Below are positions 9,824 through 19,678 of a DNA stretch of 64,000 nucleotides, piece after piece; positions within the stretch are counted from its first letter, which is position 1, and each line of letters opens with the position of its first letter. A program made the position numbers and the translations under genes. Below the pieces are notes generated by a model. The model saw nothing but the letters and a program-made list of their open reading frames with translations, was not told where the DNA came from and did not search any database. Source of the stretch: Pseudomonas phage vB_Paer_PsCh; sequence record OM870969.1, one strand, 5' to 3'.

Positions 9824-10828
9824 ATGGCTTTTAAACTGAACGTAACTACCAACACTCAATCCGGCAACGGCGGCATCCGCAAGGAAGTCGATTGGGATGC
9901 TCTGAACAACCACGTCGTGGAAGCTGCTGGCACTGCCGCTAAAGCACGTTCGATCCCGGGTTATATCTCCGGCATCATCGACCTCGGCGAGCAAGAGCAG
10001 AACGATGCAGAGGTTGTGTTCACTGGCACTGCCGAAGATGAAATCCAAATCATCAAGGAATATCCGAACACTTACTTCAAGGATGGACTGGACAAGCAGA
10101 CTCGCAAGCCTGTACGTCTGAAGTGCTGGCCGCAGCGCGATATGCAACAAATCGCGATCACTGTGGACTTCCCTCAGATCGAGGTAGACAAGAGCCTGTA
10201 CCTGACCGGTAACAGCAACAAGTCTCCGCTTCGTGTCCTGTACAACGGCGACTTTACTCTGCCGGGTCAGAAGACTAAGATTGTTGGCCGTCCGTTCACC
10301 ATCAAGGAAGTGAAGCACCCGAACGGCAAATGGGCATTCGCTAAGAACTCCATGCTGCACAAACTGGCTGTAGCTACTGGCGTCATCAACGAAGACGAAC
10401 TCTTCACCAAGGACCGCGTAGGCGAGCTTCTGGGTAAAGTGGCTCAGTTCCAAGTTCGAGTGTGGATGAAGCCGGGCAAAAACGACATGAAATTCCTCAC
10501 CGAGGATATCAGTCTGGTCGGTATGGTGCCTGAAGGTGTTCCGGTTCCTGAACTGGATGAGAAGTACATCTACGGCGTGAACCTGTATGGTGAGAACGAC
10601 GAAGAGGCAGTTAAGCAACTGCGTGCCAACGTCATTAACACCATCAAGCGAGCCAAGAACTACGAAGGTTCGGATATCAAGGCGATGATCGAAGCTGTTG
10701 AAGCTGCACGCGGCGGTAACCGCTCCAGCGGTGACAGCGAGGAACAAGCTGAAGCTAAAGAGCAGACTAAAGCTGCTCCTAAAGTTGAGCCGGTTCAGAC
10801 CAACGTCGATGACGACATTCCGTTCTAA
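9824..10828 (+). CDS. single-stranded DNA-binding protein (acidic C-terminal tail DDDIPF)
   Basis: RBS TAGGAGAAATAAA. The C-terminal ...VDDDIPF matches the bacterial SSB tail and is preceded by a Glu/Ala-rich linker. Sits in the replication module. Confidence 0.6.
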   Translation: MAFKLNVTTNTQSGNGGIRKEVDWDALNNHVVEAAGTAAKARSIPGYISGIIDLGEQEQNDAEVVFTGTAEDEIQIIKEYPNTYFKDGLDKQTRKPVRLKCWPQRDMQQIAITVDFPQIEVDKSLYLTGNSNKSPLRVLYNGDFTLPGQKTKIVGRPFTIKEVKHPNGKWAFAKNSMLHKLAVATGVINEDELFTKDRVGELLGKVAQFQVRVWMKPGKNDMKFLTEDISLVGMVPEGVPVPELDEKYIYGVNLYGENDEEAVKQLRANVINTIKRAKNYEGSDIKAMIEAVEAARGGNRSSGDSEEQAEAKEQTKAAPKVEPVQTNVDDDIPF

Positions 10829-10852
10829 GGTTACGCGGAAGTAGAGGCAATA

Positions 10853-10875
10853 GAGGGGCTTCGGCCCCCCCTTTC
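10853..10875 (+). terminator. rho-independent terminator
   Basis: GAGGGGCTTCGGCCCCCCC hairpin followed by TTT. Confidence 0.6.
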
Positions 10876-10896
10876 AAATTTCAAAGGAGGTAACAC

Positions 10897-11130
10897 ATGC
10901 AAATCAATCTCGGTCCTATTTTTCTTCTGGCTGCCATCATTCTGTGCGTACTGAAGTCTGCCGGCGTACTCGCTATCTCTTGGACTCTGGCGCTCATGCC
11001 CATCTGGATTCCTTTCGTAATCATGCTGGTTGTTCTTGTAGGTTTTGGCGTGGTAGCTGGTGTGCTTTATGCCATTGGGAGCCGCAGTAAGGTTAAGTAC
11101 AGTTTTAAAAACAACCTCCGAAAGAAGTGA
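10897..11130 (+). CDS. small membrane protein (2 TM)
   Basis: RBS AAAGGAGGT. Two long hydrophobic helices and a basic C-terminus. Confidence 0.5.
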   Translation: MQINLGPIFLLAAIILCVLKSAGVLAISWTLALMPIWIPFVIMLVVLVGFGVVAGVLYAIGSRSKVKYSFKNNLRKK

Positions 11131-11139
11131 GAACCGATT

Positions 11140-11361
11140 ATGAGCACCCTAGTTATTGTTCGAGTACCTGCGTACATTCTAAAAGGCCCTACAGTAAACA
11201 ACTCCTTCTGCGGGGAGGTCTGGGAACGAGAGCTTTTCAGAGACTTGAAGAGTGCTGCGGGGAGTATCCTCAAAGGAGAGCCGGCTTATGTTACTCTTCC
11301 TAACAATGTAAACCCTGACACTCGACAGACAGAGTGGGACATTCAGGTTGTACAGTTCTAA
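11140..11361 (+). CDS. hypothetical protein (73 aa)
   Basis: ORF following an upstream RBS-like GAGAACCGATT. Confidence 0.4.
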   Translation: MSTLVIVRVPAYILKGPTVNNSFCGEVWERELFRDLKSAAGSILKGEPAYVTLPNNVNPDTRQTEWDIQVVQF

Positions 11362-11366
11362 CCCAA

Positions 11367-11389
11367 GGGGAGCTTCGGCTCCCTTTTTC
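11367..11389 (+). terminator. rho-independent terminator
   Basis: GGGGAGCTTCGGCTCCC hairpin followed by TTTTT. Confidence 0.6.
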
Positions 11390-11402
11390 ATTGGAGATAA
11401 AA

Positions 11403-12455
11403 ATGAGTGAAAAGGAAGAGGATATTGTCCTCATTGACGGCGACCTGATCGCCTTTAAGTGTGCAAGTGTCAACGAGACTCGCTCAATCATCGTTAAAAA
11501 CAAATTGACCGGAGAAGAAGAGACTTGGAAGAATCGGACGACTTGGCGAGAGAATAACAAGGACAGCGAAGGGTTCAACGAAGACAACTTCGAAATAGAA
11601 GACCATCAAGACCCCAAGCACGTATCCTATGGTATCTCTGTTGTTAAGACCATGATCGACCGAATTTGCCGACAAGCCGGGTGCAAGCAGTTCAAGATTC
11701 TCCTATCTGGTCCCGACAACTTCAGGGACTCTATCCCTCTGCCACAAGAGTACGAGTTGACCAAAGGGAAGAAGACATTCACACGCGGTGGTCGATACAA
11801 AGGTAAGAGAACTGGACAAATCAAACCTCTACAGCTAGGTCAGCTACGGCAGTACATGATCGAAGCCTATGACACCATCATTCACCCCGGTGAAGCGGAT
11901 GATCTCATGGCGGAAATGATGTACAAAAATGGAGTGAGTTATTCCCGGGGAGAAACCAAGCAGCGTGTTATCGGAGCTACCATCGATAAAGACGCAGACG
12001 GCACTCTAGGATGGCTTTGCAACTATGAGAGGGAGCCTGTTCAGGTCAAGTTCATTTCGGGCCTAGGATCGCTCTATAGGGACTCTAAGGGCAAGGTGAG
12101 AGGCGAGGGACGTAAGTTCTTCTACTTCCAGTTGCTATTCGGAGACCCTGTTGACTGCTACCGACCAGCGGACCTGTGCATCGGAAAGGACTTCGGAGAA
12201 GTGGCTGCTTACAACATTATCAACCCTTGTGCGTCTGACAAAGAGTGCTGGCAAGCCATCTACGACACCTACAAATCTTGGTATCCTGAACCTGTCACCT
12301 ATACAGCTTGGGATGGCACCGAGCACACGAAAGACGCCGTAGAGATCATGCAAATGTACTGCGACTGCGCCCACATGCAACGCTGGGCGGGAGACAGAGT
12401 TGACTGTAGAGCCGTTCTGGCTAAAATGGGCGTAGAGCTAGGAGGTGTTGAATGA
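11403..12455 (+). CDS. 5'-3' exonuclease / flap endonuclease (FEN family)
   Basis: Start moved to ATG 11403 with RBS GGAGATAAAA. Motifs IDGDLIAFK and HPGEADDLMA are typical of 5'-3' exonucleases. Confidence 0.6.
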   Translation: MSEKEEDIVLIDGDLIAFKCASVNETRSIIVKNKLTGEEETWKNRTTWRENNKDSEGFNEDNFEIEDHQDPKHVSYGISVVKTMIDRICRQAGCKQFKILLSGPDNFRDSIPLPQEYELTKGKKTFTRGGRYKGKRTGQIKPLQLGQLRQYMIEAYDTIIHPGEADDLMAEMMYKNGVSYSRGETKQRVIGATIDKDADGTLGWLCNYEREPVQVKFISGLGSLYRDSKGKVRGEGRKFFYFQLLFGDPVDCYRPADLCIGKDFGEVAAYNIINPCASDKECWQAIYDTYKSWYPEPVTYTAWDGTEHTKDAVEIMQMYCDCAHMQRWAGDRVDCRAVLAKMGVELGGVE

Positions 12456-13015
12456 GTGTAAGGCCGCGTCCTTGGGAGGACTTCCCGGGCATCTGGAAAA
12501 CTGAGGCGGCGTTCTTGAGTTGGGTCAGAGGCGGCATTCGCCGCTATCTCTGGTCCAAGAACCCCGTCAAACTGGAGTTCGCAAAGTCTAGAAGGGTCAA
12601 AATAGTCAACACCAATGAAAAGAGCAAGCTCCGCAATCCCACTGTATGGGGCTATGTATGCGAGCAGTGTGGCAAGGAGACCCCTCAAGCTGACGTCGAG
12701 ATTGACCACAAGACTGGAGAATTCTCACTGAAACGTGTGGAGGACATCCAAACCTTCGTAGAGGGCGTGGTGTTCGTGAGAATGGAGGACTTAGCTGTAC
12801 TGTGCAAACCGTGCCATGAGATCAAGACCTATGCAGAGCGTTATGGGCTGACCCTAGAGGAAGCAGATATCGTAAAGCAGGCTATTGTAATCCAGAAGCA
12901 AAAGGGATATGATAAGGTCTTCTTGCAGGAAGTGGGAATCAAACCCGCATCCAACGCAGAGCTTAGAAAAGAGCAGATCATTGGATACCTTAGGTCTAAG
13001 AAGGAGGGTGGATGA
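12452..13015 (+). CDS. HNH endonuclease
   Basis: Motifs CEQCGKE...EIDHKTGE...CKPCHEIKT (zinc-knuckle HNH). Confidence 0.55.
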   Translation: MSVRPRPWEDFPGIWKTEAAFLSWVRGGIRRYLWSKNPVKLEFAKSRRVKIVNTNEKSKLRNPTVWGYVCEQCGKETPQADVEIDHKTGEFSLKRVEDIQTFVEGVVFVRMEDLAVLCKPCHEIKTYAERYGLTLEEADIVKQAIVIQKQKGYDKVFLQEVGIKPASNAELRKEQIIGYLRSKKEGG

Positions 13016-13410
13016 ACGAGGATCGGGTTTACATTGTAGTAAGAGACGAGGCACCAGAATACATGGTGCCTACTCTGGTTGCACATAGCATCCTAGGGGC
13101 AGACATGGCAATGGTTCTCCTCGGACAGGACCGGGCCGTTCCATCGACGGACCTTCCGTCCCGTCCGTATATGCATGCAGCGGCAAAAACCGCCATTAAG
13201 TGGGTGGAGTGGAAACAGTGGAGCTTCCGTAAGATCGTTGTACGAGTTTCTGACAAAGAGTACAATAAGATCAAGCAAATCCCTTTCGTATATGAGGGGT
13301 ATGAGAGAACCATCTGCAACGGAGAGGGCTCTTGTCTAGTGGTGCCTCCTCTTAGCAAGGAGGAAACCCCGAATGTTCTTAAATTTGCAAAACTGTGGAG
13401 GCCTATGTGA
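13012..13410 (+). CDS. hypothetical protein (132 aa)
   Basis: ATGA overlap. Confidence 0.45.
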   Translation: MNEDRVYIVVRDEAPEYMVPTLVAHSILGADMAMVLLGQDRAVPSTDLPSRPYMHAAAKTAIKWVEWKQWSFRKIVVRVSDKEYNKIKQIPFVYEGYERTICNGEGSCLVVPPLSKEETPNVLKFAKLWRPM

Positions 13411-13637
13411 GAGAGAAGCTTATTAAAATCATGCGAAAGCTGCCGATCAGAGTACGAGCATCTATTGTTCTGATTTGGATATCCGTGTTCTTCTGGCTCC
13501 CGGCTGTAGCGGCATTAATTGCCGGAGTTATAGACTTCTTCTATACCGCAAAGGATCAGTTGGAAGAGGGATACTCGGTACTCATTTCCGCTGCTAAAGG
13601 AGCCGTTAAATGTCTTCGTACAGGAGAGGAGCTATGA
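13395..13637 (+). CDS. small membrane protein
   Basis: Hydrophobic segment IVLIWISVFFWLPAVAALIAGVI. Confidence 0.4.
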   Translation: MEAYVREKLIKIMRKLPIRVRASIVLIWISVFFWLPAVAALIAGVIDFFYTAKDQLEEGYSVLISAAKGAVKCLRTGEEL

Positions 13638-14071
13638 CGAGTCTTGCTACTTATGTTATCCGCCATAAGAAAACTAAGGAGATTTGGACTACTCCTAAAG
13701 GGAAGCGGCAATGGGCAACAAAAGGGGCTGCGGCTCTAGCTTGGAGAAACGCCTATGAGGGAACTACACTGGGCGTATGGGCTGCTAAAAGGGACATGGA
13801 GCGATGGTCCGACTTGAACATTCCTATGATAGTGGAGAATGGGTGCTACCGTTTGGCTAGCCGAGAGGCCGCAGCTTTCAAGAGTCAATCTGCTTTCGAG
13901 ATTATCGATATAGCTGAATCTCTGAAGAATGAGAATCAATTGGTACTCGACTTGCTGAAAGACGTTATCGGATTTGAAGTGCCAGACTCCGTTGGAGACG
14001 GATACGTTCGTCTAACTATTAAAACATCCACATATGATGATATCATCAAACTACTGAAGGAGACGAAATGA
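13634..14071 (+). CDS. hypothetical protein (145 aa)
   Basis: Start moved to ATG 13634 with RBS AGGAGAGGAG. Confidence 0.45.
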   Translation: MTSLATYVIRHKKTKEIWTTPKGKRQWATKGAAALAWRNAYEGTTLGVWAAKRDMERWSDLNIPMIVENGCYRLASREAAAFKSQSAFEIIDIAESLKNENQLVLDLLKDVIGFEVPDSVGDGYVRLTIKTSTYDDIIKLLKETK

Positions 14072-14418
14072 GCATGATGGACCCTAAAGCATACTTCATC
14101 AAACAAGACCTAGAGGAAGCCACAAAGCTCCTCGAAAGGGCCTACAATCTACTCGACAACGTTCATTGCTATGACACGGCTGTGTACGAGGACATTGCAG
14201 CGTTCCTTTACGGTCGAGACTGCGAGGAGGCAGAGTAAGGTGCAGAAAGACATTAGGAAAACTACATCGGAGCTTCGAGATTTGTGTGAAGCTGTCTCTA
14301 TGCTAGACGAGGCCTTGGTTATGATGCAGAAAAACGGGCTTTATGATACAGACTTGTACAAGCGCATAGACGCATTTTTGTACTACCAGCCGGGAGAAGG
14401 TGAATGGGAGGTTCTTGA

Positions 14419-15198
14419 ATGAGTAGCAAGAAACACTTTGTAATTTCTGACACTCAGTGCAAACCGGGTATCAGCTTGGACTACATGGAAGCCATCGGTA
14501 AATATATCGTAGCCAAACGTCCAGATGTTGTGATCCACATTGGAGATCACTTTGACCTAGCCAGCCTGTCGTCCTACGATAAGGGTAAACGCTCCTCTGA
14601 GGGCCGTAGGTACTCTGAAGACGTGCAAGTCGGACGTGAGGGTCTGGACCGACTGTTCAAGCCTCTGTGGGAGCTACAGGAACGTCAACGGGCTAATCGG
14701 AAGAAAGTGTACCAACCTCGGTTGATCTTTACACTGGGTAACCACGAAGAGCGAGCAGACCGGGCTGCTAATGACAACCCTGAGTTGTATGGCACCGTAG
14801 GCAGCGATGAGCTTGGTATTCAGGACTACGGTTTTGAGGTTGTCCCGTTCCTCAAGCCTATCGAGGTAGACGGAATCTACTACGTCCACTACCTTCAAAA
14901 CCACTTCACTGGTAAGCCTCTGGGTGGTACAGCGAACAACATGCTCAAGGCTGCTGGTCATTCGTTTGTCATGGGCCACCGTCAGCTTCTGGACTGGGCG
15001 ATCCATCCTACAATCGACGGAAAACAAAGACTTGGCATTGTGACTGGAGCGTGCTATCCTCACGATGAAGCCTACAAAGGCTATCAGGGCAACAACCACT
15101 TCCGTGGCTGTGTTATGATTCACGAAGTGAAGGATGGTTTTGGTCTACCTATGCCAGTAAGTCTGGACTTCATGATGGAGAAAGGAGGTTTCAAATGA
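14419..15198 (+). CDS. calcineurin-like metallophosphoesterase
   Basis: Motifs VVIHIGDHFD and LGNHEER. Confidence 0.65.
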   Translation: MSSKKHFVISDTQCKPGISLDYMEAIGKYIVAKRPDVVIHIGDHFDLASLSSYDKGKRSSEGRRYSEDVQVGREGLDRLFKPLWELQERQRANRKKVYQPRLIFTLGNHEERADRAANDNPELYGTVGSDELGIQDYGFEVVPFLKPIEVDGIYYVHYLQNHFTGKPLGGTANNMLKAAGHSFVMGHRQLLDWAIHPTIDGKQRLGIVTGACYPHDEAYKGYQGNNHFRGCVMIHEVKDGFGLPMPVSLDFMMEKGGFK

Positions 15199-15377
15199 CG
15201 GTTTATAAATTCTGGTGCGAATGGGATATCGGTATTAATGAATGCCTGTGGCGAGACTACTACCAGATGGAAGAGGATGTAGCTAAAGCCTTGTCAGACT
15301 GCGGGATTGAGGATACTATTGAGGAACTAGAGGGTGCAGGCCTGCTTGGCTTCGACTCTGTTAAAGTGATTGGTTAA
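15195..15377 (+). CDS. hypothetical protein (60 aa)
   Basis: ATGA overlap; RBS AAAGGAGG. Confidence 0.35.
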   Translation: MTVYKFWCEWDIGINECLWRDYYQMEEDVAKALSDCGIEDTIEELEGAGLLGFDSVKVIG

Positions 15378-15388
15378 TAGGAGGGCAT

Positions 15389-15598
15389 ATGGCTGAGTTT
15401 TTCCTTGGGGCGGCCCTTGCAGGCTTGTTCTTTATGTTTAGTATCACTGCGAGCTTTACCGCCGAAGATATTGAGAAAGTGACTTCAACATGCGAGAATA
15501 ACGAAGGCGTCAAGTATTTCGGAGTTGACTTCTTCGGAGACGGTGCTGTACACTGCAACAGCGGCGCTATTTTCAAAATCGACCGCAAATCTAAATAA
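15389..15598 (+). CDS. small membrane protein
   Basis: RBS TAGGAGGG. TM segment FFLGAALAGLFFMFSI. Confidence 0.4.
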   Translation: MAEFFLGAALAGLFFMFSITASFTAEDIEKVTSTCENNEGVKYFGVDFFGDGAVHCNSGAIFKIDRKSK

Positions 15599-15616
15599 TC
15601 GAAAAGGAGATATAAA

Positions 15617-15952
15617 ATGACTGATTTCAACATCACCCCTGAGCAAATGGAAGAAGCAATGGCAGGTATGAACCCGGAGCAGCGGGCTCTGGTAGAGAAA
15701 GCTCTGACCGACCGTAAATCTCTGGAAGACTCCATCGTAACCGAAGATGGCGAACTGGACTACGGCATGCTTGCACAGCATATCCGCACCAGCTTGGGTG
15801 ATCTCCCGATTGTAATGGGTGGTCCTGATTTCCTGAAGCTGATGATTCTGGTTGCGGCTATGCCTCAGACCAAGGACGATCTCCTGACTCTGCACATGAA
15901 CCTGTCCTTCATTCTGGACTGCATTCGTGAATCGATTAGCGACGAGGAGTAA
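15617..15952 (+). CDS. hypothetical acidic protein (111 aa)
   Basis: RBS AAAGGAGAT. Confidence 0.45.
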   Translation: MTDFNITPEQMEEAMAGMNPEQRALVEKALTDRKSLEDSIVTEDGELDYGMLAQHIRTSLGDLPIVMGGPDFLKLMILVAAMPQTKDDLLTLHMNLSFILDCIRESISDEE

Positions 15953-15955
15953 CAA

Positions 15956-16171
15956 GTGGAAGAGATTGTAAAAGACGAGGCTGCCCTCTCTGGAGACGAT
16001 CTCATGGTTGACTCGGCAGGGCTTGATGCCCTGCTGGCGTTCCTAGAGAGTCAGTTTAAAGGTCCGAAGGGTGTACTGAAGGGATATGTCACTATGAGAG
16101 TGATGTGCGCTAAGATCGAGAGTCTTGACGGGTTTCAAGAGTTGAAAGATATGGAGGTGAACTTTGAGTAA
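15956..16171 (+). CDS. hypothetical protein (GTG start)
   Basis: GTG start 4 nt after the upstream stop. Confidence 0.35.
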   Translation: MEEIVKDEAALSGDDLMVDSAGLDALLAFLESQFKGPKGVLKGYVTMRVMCAKIESLDGFQELKDMEVNFE

Positions 16172-17114
16172 CGATATCATCGACGTTCATGCTGGGCAAC
16201 CGATTTCTCTGGTGCAACGGTCAAAGAATCCTATCAATATTCAATATTGGGACGCCGATACCATCCCTTACGGCACAGTCTTGGTTGTTACCGAGGAAAG
16301 GGGTGATATACGAAAGGGAGAATTGGTCGTAAGGCTGGCTAGTAGTGCAGATGATGAGCACTCTGTTAGGGTATGTAGATTCTCTGATTTCTTCCTCCTA
16401 ATTGAGAGGGGTTATGACGCAGCCAGTCTCGGCGACGTTAAACAAGCGTATGATGTTCTGTTCGAAGATAACCCAGTGACTACCTTTGTTAACTGGGATC
16501 GGGCTCAGCCTTTGACAAACAGTGAGCGCTACTACGGAGACTTTCTGATTGGCGGCGACCCTAAAGGGATGCCACTATTCAACATGGCTGTTCTTAAAAA
16601 TGTTCTGTCGCCTTACACTGCCGACGATGAGGAACTTTCAGCTATGACCGGGAATCCCGAGACAGTAGAGCACAAAGAAGTTGACGAACTAAGTGAGAGG
16701 GACGAGGCTTTAGCCGAGGTCGACAGACTCAATGAAGAGCTTGTTGCACTGGGTAAGAAGGTTGTGTTCGCCAACCTAGAGGACTACCTAGGCAAAGAAA
16801 ACTATGCCACATTGGAAGCTATGGCTAACCACAAGGACGCTGTAGGCAGCGGAGGCTCCTCCAGTTACTACACTGTCAAGGTGAATAACCCCACTACGAA
16901 GGCTAACATGCCGTATTTTGCAGAGTGCAACGATATCATCGAAGCGCTGGATATGCGATTCGGTCAAGGCAACATGTTCAAAGCGTTGTGGCGGGCTGCG
17001 GCAGCACAGAACCTAGGCAAGCTGAAGGCCGGTAACGATGTTATCCGGGACTACGAGAAAGTCATCTTCTTCGCTCAGTTGGAGATCGATAAGATTCTCA
17101 GAGAAAGGGGTTGA
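16164..17114 (+). CDS. hypothetical acidic protein (316 aa)
   Basis: Long ORF with overlapping start. Asp/Glu-rich. Confidence 0.5.
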   Translation: MSNDIIDVHAGQPISLVQRSKNPINIQYWDADTIPYGTVLVVTEERGDIRKGELVVRLASSADDEHSVRVCRFSDFFLLIERGYDAASLGDVKQAYDVLFEDNPVTTFVNWDRAQPLTNSERYYGDFLIGGDPKGMPLFNMAVLKNVLSPYTADDEELSAMTGNPETVEHKEVDELSERDEALAEVDRLNEELVALGKKVVFANLEDYLGKENYATLEAMANHKDAVGSGGSSSYYTVKVNNPTTKANMPYFAECNDIIEALDMRFGQGNMFKALWRAAAAQNLGKLKAGNDVIRDYEKVIFFAQLEIDKILRERG

Positions 17115-17139
17115 CATTCTCCCCGAGGCTTGCGATAAT
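17111..17139 (+). promoter_or_regulatory. sigma70-type promoter (TTGACA-17-GATAAT)
   Basis: TTGACA at 17111-17116, GATAAT at 17134-17139. Confidence 0.5.
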
Positions 17140-17271
17140 AGGCTCCAAGTTGAAACGAAGGAGGTATGTAGATATGATCCAGAAAGTAAAACAGAAGCTT
17201 ATGATGGTGCATCCTATCCTCGCTAGCGAGATCGTCTGGTGCCTCACCTTCGCAATGCTTCAATAAGATAA

Positions 17272-17294
17272 GGGAGCTTCGGCTCCCTTTATTG
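17272..17294 (+). terminator. rho-independent terminator
   Basis: AGGGAGCTTCGGCTCCCTTT hairpin followed by ATTG. Confidence 0.5.
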
Positions 17295-17320
17295 TATCAA
17301 AGATTTAATAAGGAGAGTTT

Positions 17321-18268
17321 ATGCAAATTTCTGCAAAAGTGATTCAACACAGTTCCCGGATCGGCCTAGGTACGAAGAATCACAGATTCATCACTACATT
17401 CGAACTGGAGTATCCTCGGTTTATTCACAGTGAACTTATGACTCACCGACTTTTTAGTCGAAATGCTGCAAGTAGTCGTGCCATTCCCGTTGCCCATATG
17501 ATCCGACAGGTGGAAGAGAATCCTGCGATGCCTGTTCACTGGGGAATGAATCAACCGGGTATGCAAGCTGAGTTCGAACTGAGTGAGTGTTTGCAGCGTA
17601 GCTCTCAGTACCTGTGGAAGAAGGCTGCAAAGAGTGCGGCTCGGATCGCTAGCGCACTAAATAAAATGGGACTCCACAAGCAGGTGGTTAACCGTCTCCT
17701 TGAGCCATTCCAGATGATGAAGACCGTTGTTACAGCCACGGAACTAGATAACTTCTTCTACCTGCGTTGCCATAAAGACGCACAACCGGAGATCAAGGTT
17801 CTCGCTGAGAAAATGTATGAGGCTCTTATTAAAGCGGGCCCGGCAGAGGCTCTATATGACGGAGAGTGGCATGTTCCTTATGTGACTCGGTTCCGCATAG
17901 GGGATGGTAAGCTGCGTTACGCAGATTGTAACGGGCAAGAACTGAGCGTAGAGGATGCTATTAAGGTATCTGCTAGCTGCTGTGCTCAGGTTAGCTATAG
18001 GAAGAACGACGAGACTCTGGAGAAAGCTCTTGTAATCTACAACCGATTGGTAGATACTAAGCCCGTTCACGCTAGCCCGTTCGAACACCAAGCAACACCG
18101 ATGCTCCGCATCTCGGACAATCAAACTGGATGGGAAGACGGTGTGACGCACTTGGACCAATATGGTGACCTCTGGTCTGGTAACTTCCGAGGTTTCATCC
18201 AACATCGTCAACTAATTAAAGGGCACGTATGTAATGAGTACTACGGCCAAGAAGAGGAAGGAGTTTAA
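17321..18268 (+). CDS. thyX: flavin-dependent thymidylate synthase ThyX
   Basis: ThyX signature RHRLFSRNAASSR (RHR-X7-S). Confidence 0.8.
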   Translation: MQISAKVIQHSSRIGLGTKNHRFITTFELEYPRFIHSELMTHRLFSRNAASSRAIPVAHMIRQVEENPAMPVHWGMNQPGMQAEFELSECLQRSSQYLWKKAAKSAARIASALNKMGLHKQVVNRLLEPFQMMKTVVTATELDNFFYLRCHKDAQPEIKVLAEKMYEALIKAGPAEALYDGEWHVPYVTRFRIGDGKLRYADCNGQELSVEDAIKVSASCCAQVSYRKNDETLEKALVIYNRLVDTKPVHASPFEHQATPMLRISDNQTGWEDGVTHLDQYGDLWSGNFRGFIQHRQLIKGHVCNEYYGQEEEGV

Positions 18269-18270
18269 AA

Positions 18271-18615
18271 ATGGCAGAATATAACCTGAGTCTGGAAGAC
18301 CTCATGCTGGTCGATGGCTTCAAAGAGGCGTTCCAGAGTAATAATGAAAAAGTAGTGCGGGAGCATCTGTGGACTAACGGCATGGATGTTAAAAACTACT
18401 CGTATGAAATGGTTTTCTGTCAGCATCGCACCCTGATTGGCCGAGTCGTAGAGGGTCTACGGTTCTCTGGCTTTGAGCGTACCGACAAGGAGTGGTTGAG
18501 CCTCGGCTGTGCCTCGCTGGAAGCTCATATCGCAGCGTGTGATGATAGCAATCTACGGTTCACTCTTCGTAAGATGCGACCAGAGGGATCGACAGAGGCA
18601 ACGTTCCACAATTAA
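18271..18615 (+). CDS. hypothetical protein (114 aa)
   Basis: ORF abutting thyX. Confidence 0.45.
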   Translation: MAEYNLSLEDLMLVDGFKEAFQSNNEKVVREHLWTNGMDVKNYSYEMVFCQHRTLIGRVVEGLRFSGFERTDKEWLSLGCASLEAHIAACDDSNLRFTLRKMRPEGSTEATFHN

Positions 18616-18631
18616 TGCAGTAGGAGTATAT

Positions 18632-19678
18632 ATGGAAGTTACAAAGGCTCTCGTAGATGAGGCCGATATTTTCAATAAGATCACACAAATCAGGACTCCA
18701 ACGGAGTCCTATGCCCGGAAATATCCGGTCATTGTCGAACTAGCAAACCAGCAACTAGAAGAGAAGTTGTGGTTCTCTAGCGAAATGAAGGTAGAGCTGG
18801 ATAAGTTGAACCTGAAGTTTAAGTTGGAACCTCATCAGCTTCACGCTGTAAAGACTGTCCTTCAACTGTTCCTCAAATACGAACTGATCGTAGGTGAGGA
18901 GTTTTGGATGGGTAAAGTAGTCCGAACGTTCCCTCGCCCAGAGGTTAAACTAGCGGCTTCGATCCTGTGCATGATGGAATTGGCAGTCCACGCTGAATTC
19001 TACAACCAGATCAACGTAGTGCTGGGGATGGATACAGATGCGGACTATGTAGCTTACAAGGACGACCCCGAGCTTATGGGTCGGATGGACTGGCTTGAGT
19101 CTGTTCTAGGCGATGAAGACGATGTTCTTTCGGTAATTATCTTCAGCCTAACAGAGACTGCCCTTCTGTTCAGTTCCTTCGCTATCCTGAAGAGCTTCCA
19201 GTGCAATGGGTACAACGATATCCCTGTAATCGCACGCGGAGCTAACCAGAGCGCTGTGGACGAGGACTTGCACGGTGTAGTTTCGGCTGAGATCATCAAC
19301 CAATACTACGCTGAGATTGGGCGGCCACTATCTGAAGACACCCGTCGTGTCGAGAAGATTCGACAGGCAATTGACCATGTGTATGCCCACGAATGCCGTA
19401 TCGTAGACATGGCCATCCCGGGCGGAGAGCTTAATGGAGAGTCTGCGGAGAACTACAAAGCGTTTGTTCGTTATCGTCTGAACGTCTGGTGCCGTCGTCT
19501 TGGTCTAGAAGATCACTTCGAGAACGATGACACTCCGATCAAAGATTGGTTCGAAATGAACACGTACGCTTACAAAATGATTGACTTCTTTACTCCGGGA
19601 ATGGGCATGGAGTACGAACTGGGGTGGGATGAAGAGGAACTAGCAAAGGCTTGGGAAGAGGAGCTGAAATATGAGTAA
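18632..19678 (+). CDS. nrdB: ribonucleotide reductase class I small subunit (R2)
   Basis: Start moved to ATG 18632 with RBS TAGGAGTATAT. Di-iron/tyrosyl-radical region ELIVGEEF...FSLTETALLFSSFAILKSFQ. Confidence 0.8.
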   Translation: MEVTKALVDEADIFNKITQIRTPTESYARKYPVIVELANQQLEEKLWFSSEMKVELDKLNLKFKLEPHQLHAVKTVLQLFLKYELIVGEEFWMGKVVRTFPRPEVKLAASILCMMELAVHAEFYNQINVVLGMDTDADYVAYKDDPELMGRMDWLESVLGDEDDVLSVIIFSLTETALLFSSFAILKSFQCNGYNDIPVIARGANQSAVDEDLHGVVSAEIINQYYAEIGRPLSEDTRRVEKIRQAIDHVYAHECRIVDMAIPGGELNGESAENYKAFVRYRLNVWCRRLGLEDHFENDDTPIKDWFEMNTYAYKMIDFFTPGMGMEYELGWDEEELAKAWEEELKYE

